Positions 49,328-57,148 of a stretch of 64,000 nt of DNA are shown here, in pieces. Under the pieces are notes generated by a model. That model searched no databases and had not been told where the DNA came from. It was given only the letters and a program-made list of their open reading frames with translations. The stretch spans positions 33,253 to 97,252 of the forward strand of contig CAJTYL010000008.1 in the NCBI GenBank assembly GCA_910583855.1. Reading direction: 5' to 3'. Position numbers and translations under genes: made by a program. Position 1 is the first letter of the stretch; each line of letters opens with the position of its first letter. Origin of the DNA: an uncultured Christensenella sp. Its GTDB lineage: Bacteria > Bacillota > Clostridia > Christensenellales > Borkfalkiaceae.

Positions 49328-49798
49328 TTACTTAATTGCAAGCACTTTAAGCGTATATTCGCTGCCGTCGGGACACTTAACGGTCGCTTTATCCCCGACC
49401 TTTTTTCTTAAAAGAGCCGCGCCGACGGGCGAATCGACGGAAATTTTGTTCGCCATAACGTCGACCTCGGTAACCGAAGTTACGGTGAAGGTCTGTTCCT
49501 CTTCCATGTCCTCGTCGTACACCGTAACCACGCTGCCCAAATGGATATAGCTGGTATCTTTATTCTCTTCACGGATGTCGGCGTTCTTGATTTTATACTC
49601 TATCTCGGCAATTTTACCCTCGTTTGAACGCTGCTCTTCACGCGCCGCGTCGTACTCCGCGTTTTCGGACAGGTCGCCGTGGCTGCGCGCCTCGGCAATA
49701 CGCTCGATAATTTCAGGGCGTTTCACTTTAACAAGATAGTCAAGCTCTTTTTTTAAATCCTCGTAATTTTTTTTCGTCATAACGATTAAGTCTGCCAT
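49328..49798 (-). CDS. greA: Transcription elongation factor GreA
   Basis: AEARSHGDLSENAEYDAAREEQ coiled-coil acidic tip. Length is 156 aa. Confidence 0.93.
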   Translation of the reverse strand: MADLIVMTKKNYEDLKKELDYLVKVKRPEIIERIAEARSHGDLSENAEYDAAREEQRSNEGKIAEIEYKIKNADIREENKDTSYIHLGSVVTVYDEDMEEEQTFTVTSVTEVDVMANKISVDSPVGAALLRKKVGDKATVKCPDGSEYTLKVLAIK

Positions 49799-49816
49799 TT
49801 TCTTTCTGCTCCCGAT

Positions 49817-49857
49817 ATAAAAAATAATTAAAAGTGATTTCGCACGGCGAAATCACT
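49817..49857 (-). terminator. Intrinsic terminator/attenuator inside the greA 5' leader
   Basis: Perfect 11-bp stem AGTGATTTCGC (49833-49843) / GCGAAATCACT (49847-49857), loop ACG. On the minus strand it is followed by TTTTAATTATTTTTTAT (49817-49833). It lies between the promoter and the greA start. Confidence 0.55.
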
Positions 49858-49872
49858 GCTTCTTCTTACGCT

Positions 49873-49901
49873 ATTATATAATTTCCTTTAACATTTGTCA
49901 A
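49873..49901 (-). promoter_or_regulatory. Consensus sigma-A promoter of greA-lysS (TTGACA-17-TATAAT)
   Basis: Minus-strand reading: TTGACA (49896-49901), 17-nt spacer, TATAAT (49873-49878). Confidence 0.65.
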
Positions 49902-49954
49902 TAGAATAAACCCTTCCCCGCGCTATTCTCTTGGAATAAATTTGCTGCAAAAAG

Positions 49955-49983
49955 TTGCAAAACGTACCGGTTTTCAGTATAAT
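49955..49983 (+). promoter_or_regulatory. Promoter of the hypothetical gene at 49990, leaderless geometry (TTGCAA-17-TATAAT-6 nt-ATG)
   Basis: TTGCAA 49955-49960, TATAAT 49978-49983, GATTCT, then ATG 49990. Confidence 0.55.
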
Positions 49984-49989
49984 GATTCT

Positions 49990-50250
49990 ATGTTCAGAAT
50001 TTGGGCGAAAGTGATCGTCGGTGAAAAAATACAAAAACAGATAACTTACGTGCGCGAGGATAAATTTTCATATTCGCAGTTTTTTACGTATCTTGCGGAT
50101 ATTTGCGAAGCGCTGGATATTGCAACGCCCATACTTTTAAAGACGCACATTTTCAACTACGCAAAGTACAGAACGGTTAAGTTTCTTCCGCGCGATTTCG
50201 CGGAGAACCCTGAATTCGACAAGCTGGTTTTAGACAACATAACGATTTAA
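49990..50250 (+). CDS. Hypothetical protein (86 aa from ATG 49990; the track ORF begins at a TTG at 49942)
   Basis: ORF MFRIWAKVIVGEKIQKQITYVREDKFSYSQFF... I recognise no family. The TTG start would lie upstream of the promoter hexamers. Confidence 0.5.
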   Translation: MFRIWAKVIVGEKIQKQITYVREDKFSYSQFFTYLADICEALDIATPILLKTHIFNYAKYRTVKFLPRDFAENPEFDKLVLDNITI

Positions 50251-50252
50251 GC

Positions 50253-50279
50253 ATTCCGCATTCTGCGGAATATTTTTTT
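50253..50279 (+). terminator. Rho-independent terminator
   Basis: ATTCCGCA (50253-50260), loop TTC, TGCGGAAT (50264-50271), then ATTTTTTT. Confidence 0.75.
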
Positions 50280-50301
50280 ATTATAACGGCATACTGCTGA
50301 T

Positions 50302-50511
50302 ATGAAATTAACTTGCTACTTTTGCGTTGCAAACCTCGTTATTTTAGGCATATGCGGGGGTGTATACGCTTTTACGGGCTTTGATTTAATAAATTTTGCT
50401 TGCTTCGGCAACCCGACGGCATACAGAATTTTTTTCGCAATCTGCGGCGTTTCCGCCCTATTTACCGTCTACTCTCTTATAGCTTTCAAACCGTTTAAAG
50501 GACTGAAATAA
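50302..50511 (+). CDS. Possible small membrane protein (69 aa, two hydrophobic segments)
   Basis: ORF MKLTCYFCVANLVILGICGGVYAFTG...FFAICGVSALFTVYSLIAF. Caution: nt 50335-50364 is a copy of the dispersed ~30-nt motif, so the ORF may be fortuitous. Confidence 0.4.
   Translation: MKLTCYFCVANLVILGICGGVYAFTGFDLINFACFGNPTAYRIFFAICGVSALFTVYSLIAFKPFKGLK
50335..50364 (+). repeat. Dispersed ~30-nt motif, copy k: CTCGTTATTTTAGGCATATGCGGGGGTGTA
   Basis: Lies inside the 69-aa ORF at 50302-50511. Confidence 0.6.
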
Positions 50512-50545
50512 AGGCGTTGCCGATGATGGCAACGCCTTTATTTAT
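50509..50545. terminator. 13-bp hairpin, bidirectional terminator overlapping both convergent stop codons
   Basis: TAAAGGCGTTGCC (50509-50521), loop GATGAT, GGCAACGCCTTTA (50528-50540), then TTTAT. Confidence 0.75.
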
Positions 50546-51558
50546 ACATTGTTTACCCTTATGCTTGCGCCCGTTTCCGCGTCCTGATACATCACCCAGT
50601 ATCCGTTTTCCGTGTCCTCGGGCGAAGCCGGCAAAAACGATGCCAGCCCTTCCATGCTTTGGGGCGGATTATTGCTCTGCGTTGCGGGGACGCCGTAGCA
50701 AACATACCTCGGCTTGCCGTCGGAATACAGTACGCCGAACACGTAAAACCCTCCCTCGCCGTATGATATTCTTACCCATTTGGAATCCTCTATCATGTCT
50801 TCTAGCGGCTTTTCCGTCGGATACTTGGACAGAATTTTGTCAATCTCGTCCTTCATTCTCTCGTAGAAAATACCGTCCTGAACTATAGGGTTTATCGGGC
50901 CGCTTTTGCCATTGCTCCCCACATATGTCGCACTTTCGGCAGTTTTTACGCCGCTTTCTTCTTCTTTGACAGCGCTAAAAGCCGTCTCATCGCCGCGTAC
51001 TTCACCCCTATTTTTCTCTTCTTTTTTATCCGTGCGTATAGCTCCACCGTCTTTATAAGTTTCTGCATATTCATAGTAGTTTTCCTCCGCTATAGCTTCG
51101 TCCTCGTATTCCGCATTCGTCTTTTCTTTCCTGCTTGCCGCGCCTTCTCTCTTGGCGGCTTTTTCTTCCTGAGCGGCTTGCGCTCCTTTTAGGTTTTCCT
51201 CTTTTTCGATTTCAGCTTTTAATTTCAGCGTAATGTCGTGATTGTTGCCGCATACGGCGGAAGCCACGGGAAAAACCTGCCCCTTTACGTAAGCTATAAG
51301 CGAGGCAAACCCGTTCGCCGTATCAAGAGCGCTTTCCCCCTCGAACGCGCAGTCCTCTACCGTAAGCGTAGTCTTTCCGTCTGAAATCGCACAGACGTAC
51401 TTCCCTTCCGTTAGCGGCGCAAAGTTGATAAGACTTACTTCCACCCGCAGTTTCGCTCCGTACTTTTCCGCCTTTACGAGCCCCGACAGCGCTCCGCCGT
51501 CAACTGAAAACCCGTCTTTTATTCCCTTTATTACCGCTATGTTTTTAGTATAACCCAT
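50542..51558 (-). CDS. Hypothetical protein (338 aa) with an acidic Glu/Lys-rich linker
   Basis: Long ORF with AAGGGA upstream of the ATG. I recognise no motif. The central segment is EKEENLKGAQAAQEEKAAKREGAASRKEKTNAEYEDEAIAEE. Confidence 0.6.
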   Translation of the reverse strand: MGYTKNIAVIKGIKDGFSVDGGALSGLVKAEKYGAKLRVEVSLINFAPLTEGKYVCAISDGKTTLTVEDCAFEGESALDTANGFASLIAYVKGQVFPVASAVCGNNHDITLKLKAEIEKEENLKGAQAAQEEKAAKREGAASRKEKTNAEYEDEAIAEENYYEYAETYKDGGAIRTDKKEEKNRGEVRGDETAFSAVKEEESGVKTAESATYVGSNGKSGPINPIVQDGIFYERMKDEIDKILSKYPTEKPLEDMIEDSKWVRISYGEGGFYVFGVLYSDGKPRYVCYGVPATQSNNPPQSMEGLASFLPASPEDTENGYWVMYQDAETGASIRVNNV

Positions 51559-51813
51559 ATTTTCCCTTAAGCCCCACTACGCGCTTACGCGCATCGCACA
51601 CAGGCGGAAAGAGCTTTTAAAGTTTCTTTGATTATACTTATTCAAAACGCGCGTATTTTATAATAATTTGTAAAAAAATATATTTTTTACGCGTATAATT
51701 TCACGTTTCATTAATACATTTAATTTGATTTTTTTGACAGATTATAATATAATAGTATTCGTAGAAGTTTTTACTTCTTTAAGTATGTTTTAAATTTTAA
51801 GGAGTGGATATTT

Positions 51814-53709
51814 ATGGCGCTGACTAAAAATAAAAAAGTCTTGGATTTCGTTCAAGAAAGTGCAGATCTTGCACAACCTGACAAAATCGTGTGGATTGAC
51901 GGTAATCCCGATCAAATTAAAGCTTTGAAAGAAGAAGCCGTTAAAAGCGGTGAGCTTATTAAATTAAACGAACACCTTCTCCCCGACTGTTACCTTCACC
52001 GTACTAAGGTAAACGACGTTGCCCGCGTTGAAGACAGAACTTTTATATGTACCAAGAACGAAGAGGACGCAGGTCCCATCAACTACTGGATGGATCCCGG
52101 TCAGGCAAAAGAACTTGCCGACGAGATTGCGCGCGGCTCGATGAAGGGCAGAACGATGTACGTTATCCCCTATTCCATGGGCGTCGTCGGCAGCTCGTTT
52201 GCGAAGTACGGTATCGAAGTTACCGACAGTATCTACGTAGTTCTGAATATGAACATTATGACGCGCGTTGGCAAGTCCGTTTTGAATAAAATCGGCAAAG
52301 ACGGCGATTTTATCAAAGGTTTCCACGCAAAATGCAACGTTGACGCCGATAAGAGATACATAATGCACTTCCCCGAAGACAACCTTATTATCTCCGTCAA
52401 CTCGGCATACGGCGGCAACGTTCTTCTCGGCAAGAAATGCTTCGCTTTGAGAATTGCTTCCTGGTTGGGCAAAAACGAAGGCTGGATGGCAGAGCATATG
52501 CTTATTCTCGGCGTAACTTTCCCCGACGGCGAAAAGAAGTACGTTGCGGCGGCTTTCCCCTCCGCTTGCGGCAAAACCAACCTTGCGATGCTCATCCCCC
52601 CCAAACACTATGCCGATTTAGGCTATAAAATCGAAACCCTCGGTGACGATATCGCCTGGATAAGGGTAGGCGATGACGGCAGGCTTTGGGCTGTAAACCC
52701 CGAAAACGGCTTCTTCGGAGTTGCTCCCGGCACGAACGAACACAGCAACAAGAACGCGCTTGAATCCACTAGGCGCGGCACTATTTTTACCAACGTTGCT
52801 CTCAACACGGACGATATGACGGTTTGGTGGGAAGGACTTTCGAAGGAGCTTCCCCGGCACTGCATCGACTGGACGGGTAAGCCCTGGAACCCCGCCAAGT
52901 ACGATAAAAAGGACAAATCGACATGCGCGGCGCACCCCAATTCGCGTTTTACCGCACCCGCAGGCAACTGCCCTTGCATTTCCGACAAGTTCGGTAAAGA
53001 GAACGGACTTGACGCCGTCCCCCTCTCCGCAATCATATTCGGCGGAAGAAGGGCTTCCACGACTCCCCTCGTATACGAGGCGCGAGATTGGAATCACGGC
53101 GTGTTCATCGGCTCCGCAATGTCGTCCGAAACGACCGCCGCGGCGGCAGGAGCGGTCGGCGTTCTCCGCCACGACCCCATGGCAATGAAGCCTTTTGCGG
53201 GCTATCATATGGGCGATTACTTCGGACACTGGGTTGAAATGGGCAAGAAAATTAAAAATCCCCCCAAGATTTTTAACGTAAACTGGTTCAGAACGGACAA
53301 AGACGGCAACTTTATGTGGCCCGGCTTCGGCGACAATATGCGCGTTTTGGAATGGATTTTAAAGCGTTGCTCGGACACCCCCGTGGACGCAGAAGAAACG
53401 GCTATAGGCTACGTTCCCAAGCCCGAGGATATCGACCTCACTGATTTGGATTATGAAATCTGCGCAGGCAAAAAATTCGGCGTTGACGATTTAACCGCAA
53501 TACTCTCGGTCGACAAAGAGAAGTGGGCAAAGGAAGCCGAGGAAATAGAAGGCTATTACAACGGCACGGTCAAGAGCAGAATACCACAAGAACTTTGGGA
53601 TTGCCTTGCAACGTTAAAAGCTAACTGCAAGGTCGAGAAGAAAGCCCCCGCAAAAACCGCGGAAGGACCCGCAAAGTCTAAGACCTCTAAAAAGACGGAC
53701 GATAAATAA
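51814..53709 (+). CDS. pck: Phosphoenolpyruvate carboxykinase (GTP)
   Basis: Kinase-1a motif FPSACGKTNLAML, GDDIAWI, and NSRFTAP. The RBS AAGGAG lies upstream. Length is 631 aa. Confidence 0.93.
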   Translation: MALTKNKKVLDFVQESADLAQPDKIVWIDGNPDQIKALKEEAVKSGELIKLNEHLLPDCYLHRTKVNDVARVEDRTFICTKNEEDAGPINYWMDPGQAKELADEIARGSMKGRTMYVIPYSMGVVGSSFAKYGIEVTDSIYVVLNMNIMTRVGKSVLNKIGKDGDFIKGFHAKCNVDADKRYIMHFPEDNLIISVNSAYGGNVLLGKKCFALRIASWLGKNEGWMAEHMLILGVTFPDGEKKYVAAAFPSACGKTNLAMLIPPKHYADLGYKIETLGDDIAWIRVGDDGRLWAVNPENGFFGVAPGTNEHSNKNALESTRRGTIFTNVALNTDDMTVWWEGLSKELPRHCIDWTGKPWNPAKYDKKDKSTCAAHPNSRFTAPAGNCPCISDKFGKENGLDAVPLSAIIFGGRRASTTPLVYEARDWNHGVFIGSAMSSETTAAAAGAVGVLRHDPMAMKPFAGYHMGDYFGHWVEMGKKIKNPPKIFNVNWFRTDKDGNFMWPGFGDNMRVLEWILKRCSDTPVDAEETAIGYVPKPEDIDLTDLDYEICAGKKFGVDDLTAILSVDKEKWAKEAEEIEGYYNGTVKSRIPQELWDCLATLKANCKVEKKAPAKTAEGPAKSKTSKKTDDK

Positions 53710-53715
53710 TAGCAT

Positions 53716-53745
53716 AAGCCCGCAGGCAAATGCCTGCGGGCTTTT
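53716..53745 (+). terminator. Rho-independent terminator 1 after pck
   Basis: AAGCCCGCAGGCA / TGCCTGCGGGCTT hairpin followed by TTT. Confidence 0.8.
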
Positions 53746-53754
53746 ATAACACGT

Positions 53755-53790
53755 GCTGCCCGCGCAAGCTTTGCGCGGGCAGCTGTTTTT
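53755..53790 (+). terminator. Rho-independent terminator 2 (tandem)
   Basis: GCTGCCCGCGCAA / TTGCGCGGGCAGC hairpin followed by TGTTTTT. Confidence 0.75.
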
Positions 53791-53800
53791 GATCGCTAAA

Positions 53801-53832
53801 ACCCCGTTATTTAAAGCATATATAGGGGTCTA
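53801..53832 (+). repeat. Dispersed ~30-nt motif, copy f: ACCCCGTTATTTAAAGCATATATAGGGGTCTA
   Basis: Lies 10 nt after the second pck terminator. Confidence 0.6.
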
Positions 53833-53881
53833 CCGTTACTTTATATGTTGTTTTCGGCTCAAAGAAACGCTTTCGCGGCGA

Positions 53882-54841
53882 TTATTCTTCCGTCTTATTA
53901 TCGTTGCTGTTACCGAGGAAGGTGCCGAAATATATCTCCTTCTTGCCACGTTTTGCGCCGCCGCTTGCAGGTCTTGTACCGCCGTCTCTGCGCCTTTCTC
54001 CCCTTGCGTTTCCGTCGCGTCCGTGCCTGTCATGCCGCCCATCGCGTCTCCTGTCACCGCCGAAACGCACTCCCCTGTCGCCGGGACGGGCGTTGTTTGG
54101 AATAACGACGATATATCTGACGGGCTCCCTGCCCTCGGATGCCGTCTTAACCTCCGTGCTGTCCGCAAGCGTCGCGTGGATAACGCGCCTCTCGTAAGGC
54201 GTCATAGGCTCTAAAACAACCTTCCTGCCTGATTCAACCGCCTTATTTGCAATCTTTACAGCAAGGTTTTTAAGCGTCTGCTCGCGCTGCGCGCGGTAAT
54301 TCTCGCAGTCGACTATAACCTTCTTGTATTCGTCGTTGCCAATGTTCGCTACGGCGCTTGCAATGTTTTGGATAGCGTCAAGAACGTCGCCGTGCTTACC
54401 GATAACCCTTGCGGAGCTTTCAGTCTTAATATCTATATGAATACCGTTTTCTTCGCTTACGACCTCGCTTTTTCCCTCTACGCCGAGTTTTAAAAGCAAT
54501 CCGTCTATAAACTCTACGGGGTCGACGCTCTCTCCGCTACGTACGTACGCGGTCTTTTCCGATGCTCTCTTTTTAACGGGTTTTACTGATACTTCTTTCT
54601 TTTCTATCTTACCCTTTGCCGGCGTCTCCTTAGAGGTTTGCACAGCGTTTTCTTTTAACTTTTCTTTCGCTTCTGTTTTGGGAATAATTTTAACTTCAGC
54701 TTTAACCGAGCCGAAAAGCTTTTTCTTTCCCTCTTCCAATACCTCGTAATCCACGTCTAAAAGCGTAAGGCCCAATGCCTGAAGCCCTTTCTCAAGCGCT
54801 TCGTCTACGGTTTTGCCCGTAAATACGTTCTTTTCTTCCAT
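53882..54841 (-). CDS. jag: Jag/KhpB (Jag_N, KH and R3H domains) with an Arg/Gly/Asp-rich C-terminal tail
   Basis: Jag_N GKTVDEALEKGLQALGL, KH VIGKHGDVLDAIQ, and R3H PMTPYERRVIHATL. The tail is RFGGDRRRDGRHDRHGRDGNARGERRRDGG. It lies downstream of yidC. Confidence 0.88.
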   Translation of the reverse strand: MEEKNVFTGKTVDEALEKGLQALGLTLLDVDYEVLEEGKKKLFGSVKAEVKIIPKTEAKEKLKENAVQTSKETPAKGKIEKKEVSVKPVKKRASEKTAYVRSGESVDPVEFIDGLLLKLGVEGKSEVVSEENGIHIDIKTESSARVIGKHGDVLDAIQNIASAVANIGNDEYKKVIVDCENYRAQREQTLKNLAVKIANKAVESGRKVVLEPMTPYERRVIHATLADSTEVKTASEGREPVRYIVVIPNNARPGDRGVRFGGDRRRDGRHDRHGRDGNARGERRRDGGTRPASGGAKRGKKEIYFGTFLGNSNDNKTEE

Positions 54842-54864
54842 TACAAAATCTCCTATAAATTATC

Positions 54865-54896
54865 GTTGACCCCGCCATATAGTTCAATTAACGGGG
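54865..54896 (-). repeat. Dispersed ~30-nt motif, copy e: CCCCGTTAATTGAACTATATGGCGGGGTCAAC
   Basis: Lies in the 61-bp yidC-jag gap. Confidence 0.55.
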
Positions 54897-54902
54897 TTTA
54901 GC

Positions 54903-56225
54903 TTACTTTTTTAATCTCTTTGCCTTAGCCGTCGGCCGTGAAGAAACTGCCGCCTTAAATTCCTTGTTTGCAAACCTTACTGTTACTACTTTATTGATAA
55001 TCAGCGTTGATATAAGTCCGTACAGCGTGTTGACAATCATATATATCGAAAACGCCGCACTGTACATAAACGAAAATAAACCGAACATAATCGGCATAAT
55101 TATCATCATCCATTTGTTGGTTCTTGCCGCGCTGCCGTCAACGGACGAAAGCTCGTTCGCCGCCTTCTGCGACCGCATCATAATAAACTGCTGCAAGAAC
55201 ATCAAACCTATGGACAGAACTATCAAAACGAAATAACCGTTATAGTTATTCTTCTGTTCCGACAGGTTGAAAGTTACGCTGTTATAATCGTTTTCGCTGA
55301 CGGTAACGCCCGCGCGTGTTGTTGCCGAAGTAAATTTTGCGTAATCGGGAACTTCTTTATTCAGCATCGAGTCGGGATACCATAAGTTCCCTATCCAGCC
55401 GAAATGGATACCGTCGCTATTTTCTATATAGTACTGCGCAGCAGATTCGCGCGCGTGTATTTCTACATAATTGGATACGATTTCCCATTTGTCCCGCTCT
55501 GCCATTTCGCCGAACTTCAACGATGCAAAAGTTTTGGGCGCCGCGTTGCCCTCTTCGTCGGTATCGTTTGCATGCGCTTCGTCATAAATAGGCGCATAAT
55601 ACGTTTCAAATTTGTCGAAATGAACTTTATAAACGGTATTACCTTCGTAATCAACCGCTTCGAGGAAGTACTTGTCCTCCGTTTTTCCGTTTTCGGTATC
55701 GATAACGTACTCGTTAACGCTTGCATTGTAGTACTTAGACATTTCGCTGTAATCTCGCAAAACCGCGTAGTTTGAATACGTTGAAAACGAGCTTAAAACA
55801 ATCATGAACACGACGAGAGAAACTATCATCGGAAGGCACGCGCCGAGCGGATTATAGCCGTTGGCTTTCTGCAATTCCATTACCTTCTGCTGGTACATAT
55901 TCTTGTCGTTTGCGTACTGCTTTTGCAACTTTTCCATTTGCGGGCGCATACGCTCCATTAAAAGCGATTGTTTCTTGGTTTTAACCCTCGAATATATATC
56001 GAGCGGCAGAACCAGCGTTTTTAAGGCAAGCGTAAATACAATAACGCCGAGCGCGACCGCGCCGTAGAAGTTCGAAAAAAGGTCGAAAATCCAACCTATA
56101 ACCCAGCCTATACCGCTCAGGTCGCCCGCATTAACGGGCGCTACGCCAACAGTGTAATAGTTGGATGAAGTTGTAAGTAAATTTAAAAAATTCATAAGCT
56201 TTCCGTAAGCGTTCCGCTTAACCAA
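54903..56225 (-). CDS. yidC: YidC/Oxa1-family membrane protein insertase, unusually long (440 aa)
   Basis: Coiled-coil RMRPQMEKLQKQY, GACLPMIVSLVVF, GWIGNLWYPD, and C-terminal TM helices with a basic tail. About 125 aa are inserted between GACLPM and GWIGNLWYPD. Confidence 0.88.
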   Translation of the reverse strand: MVKRNAYGKLMNFLNLLTTSSNYYTVGVAPVNAGDLSGIGWVIGWIFDLFSNFYGAVALGVIVFTLALKTLVLPLDIYSRVKTKKQSLLMERMRPQMEKLQKQYANDKNMYQQKVMELQKANGYNPLGACLPMIVSLVVFMIVLSSFSTYSNYAVLRDYSEMSKYYNASVNEYVIDTENGKTEDKYFLEAVDYEGNTVYKVHFDKFETYYAPIYDEAHANDTDEEGNAAPKTFASLKFGEMAERDKWEIVSNYVEIHARESAAQYYIENSDGIHFGWIGNLWYPDSMLNKEVPDYAKFTSATTRAGVTVSENDYNSVTFNLSEQKNNYNGYFVLIVLSIGLMFLQQFIMMRSQKAANELSSVDGSAARTNKWMMIIMPIMFGLFSFMYSAAFSIYMIVNTLYGLISTLIINKVVTVRFANKEFKAAVSSRPTAKAKRLKK

Positions 56226-56306
56226 GTCGTTAAAGCTGCTTGTAATTAATTCTCAAAAATCTTGTTATTTGTGGCATATATTGGGGTCTTTTGCTAAAAA
56301 TGCCCT

Positions 56307-56597
56307 TTATAAAACCCATTTTAAGCGCAGTCTTCTTTCGGGAACAGGGTCGTATCCGCCCTTTGATAAAGGGTTGCAGCGCAGTAGTCTCCAACAACCT
56401 ATAATTATCCCGCGTATCACACCCTTGTTGTTTATTGCCCTTTTCATATATTCGGAGCAAGTAGGCTCATACAGGCAAGTGTGCTTGGAAAAGTTCCTTT
56501 GATATAAAACGATAAGCCGCATGAAAAACATTTTAAAATACGGCTTAAAGACTTTTTTTCTTGCGTTTTTAAAAAATTTTCTTATCTTTTTCCGCAT
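56307..56597 (-). CDS. yidD: Membrane protein insertion efficiency factor YidD
   Basis: LIVLYQRNFSKHTCLYEPTCSEYMKRAI...LLRCNPLSKGGYDPVP. The start is uncertain; an internal ATG lies at about 56531. Confidence 0.85.
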   Translation of the reverse strand: MRKKIRKFFKNARKKVFKPYFKMFFMRLIVLYQRNFSKHTCLYEPTCSEYMKRAINNKGVIRGIIIGCWRLLRCNPLSKGGYDPVPERRLRLKWVL

Positions 56598-56911
56598 TCG
56601 TTAACCTTTTTAAAGCACACCGTAAGGCTCTTTTTAAAGGCTTCAAAGGCGTACTCTCCGCCCACCTTAGGTATAAGTATAACGGAATACGCCTTATCCA
56701 GCACGTCCGAAGTTTCCGCAAAAGCCGCCCGTAAAAGTCTTTTTATTCTGTTCCTTTTTACGGCGTTGCCGTGCTTTTTAGAAACGGCGACTCCCATTGC
56801 AAGCTTTGGCGCGGAAAAATACAATAACGTAATATTAGGGGAAAACACTTTTTTCCCCTTGTTGAAAATCTTCTGAAAATCTGCGTTTTTCTTTATTCTA
56901 AGATATTTCAC
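56582..56911 (-). CDS. rnpA: Ribonuclease P protein component
   Basis: LRIKKNADFQKIFNKGKKV and GNAVKRNRIKRLLR (RNR motif). GTG start. It lies directly downstream of rpmH. Confidence 0.9.
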   Translation of the reverse strand: MKYLRIKKNADFQKIFNKGKKVFSPNITLLYFSAPKLAMGVAVSKKHGNAVKRNRIKRLLRAAFAETSDVLDKAYSVILIPKVGGEYAFEAFKKSLTVCFKKVNECGKR

Positions 56912-56914
56912 GCT

Positions 56915-57049
56915 TTAAGCCGTAAGATGTTTTCTGCCTTTATTTCTTCTTCTTTTTAACGTTTTTCTGCCGGCAGTCGTTGCCATTCTCTTTCTGAACC
57001 CGTGTACCTTGCTTCTCTGTCTTTTCTTGGGCTGATAAGTTCTTTTCAT
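56915..57049 (-). CDS. rpmH: 50S ribosomal protein L34 (44 aa), not in the ORF track
   Basis: Hand translation [55 protein letters not shown] lies upstream of the ATG at 57047-57049. Confidence 0.93.
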   Translation of the reverse strand: MKRTYQPKKRQRSKVHGFRKRMATTAGRKTLKRRRNKGRKHLTA

Positions 57050-57148
57050 AATTTACCTCTTTTTTGGTCCTTTTTTAAAATATCTTTTTCTATTATATAA
57101 TCAAATAATCTTTTAAGTCAAGCGAAAAGCCGTGCGCCGTAAGTCAAT

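Noticed and set aside
53753-54214. Plus-strand ORFs 53753-54214, 53845-54105 and 53904-54197, and minus-strand ORF 53836-54168, overlapping the jag 3' end.
   Set aside because: They are alternative frames of the GC-rich Arg/Gly tail-coding region of jag. No independent signals support them.
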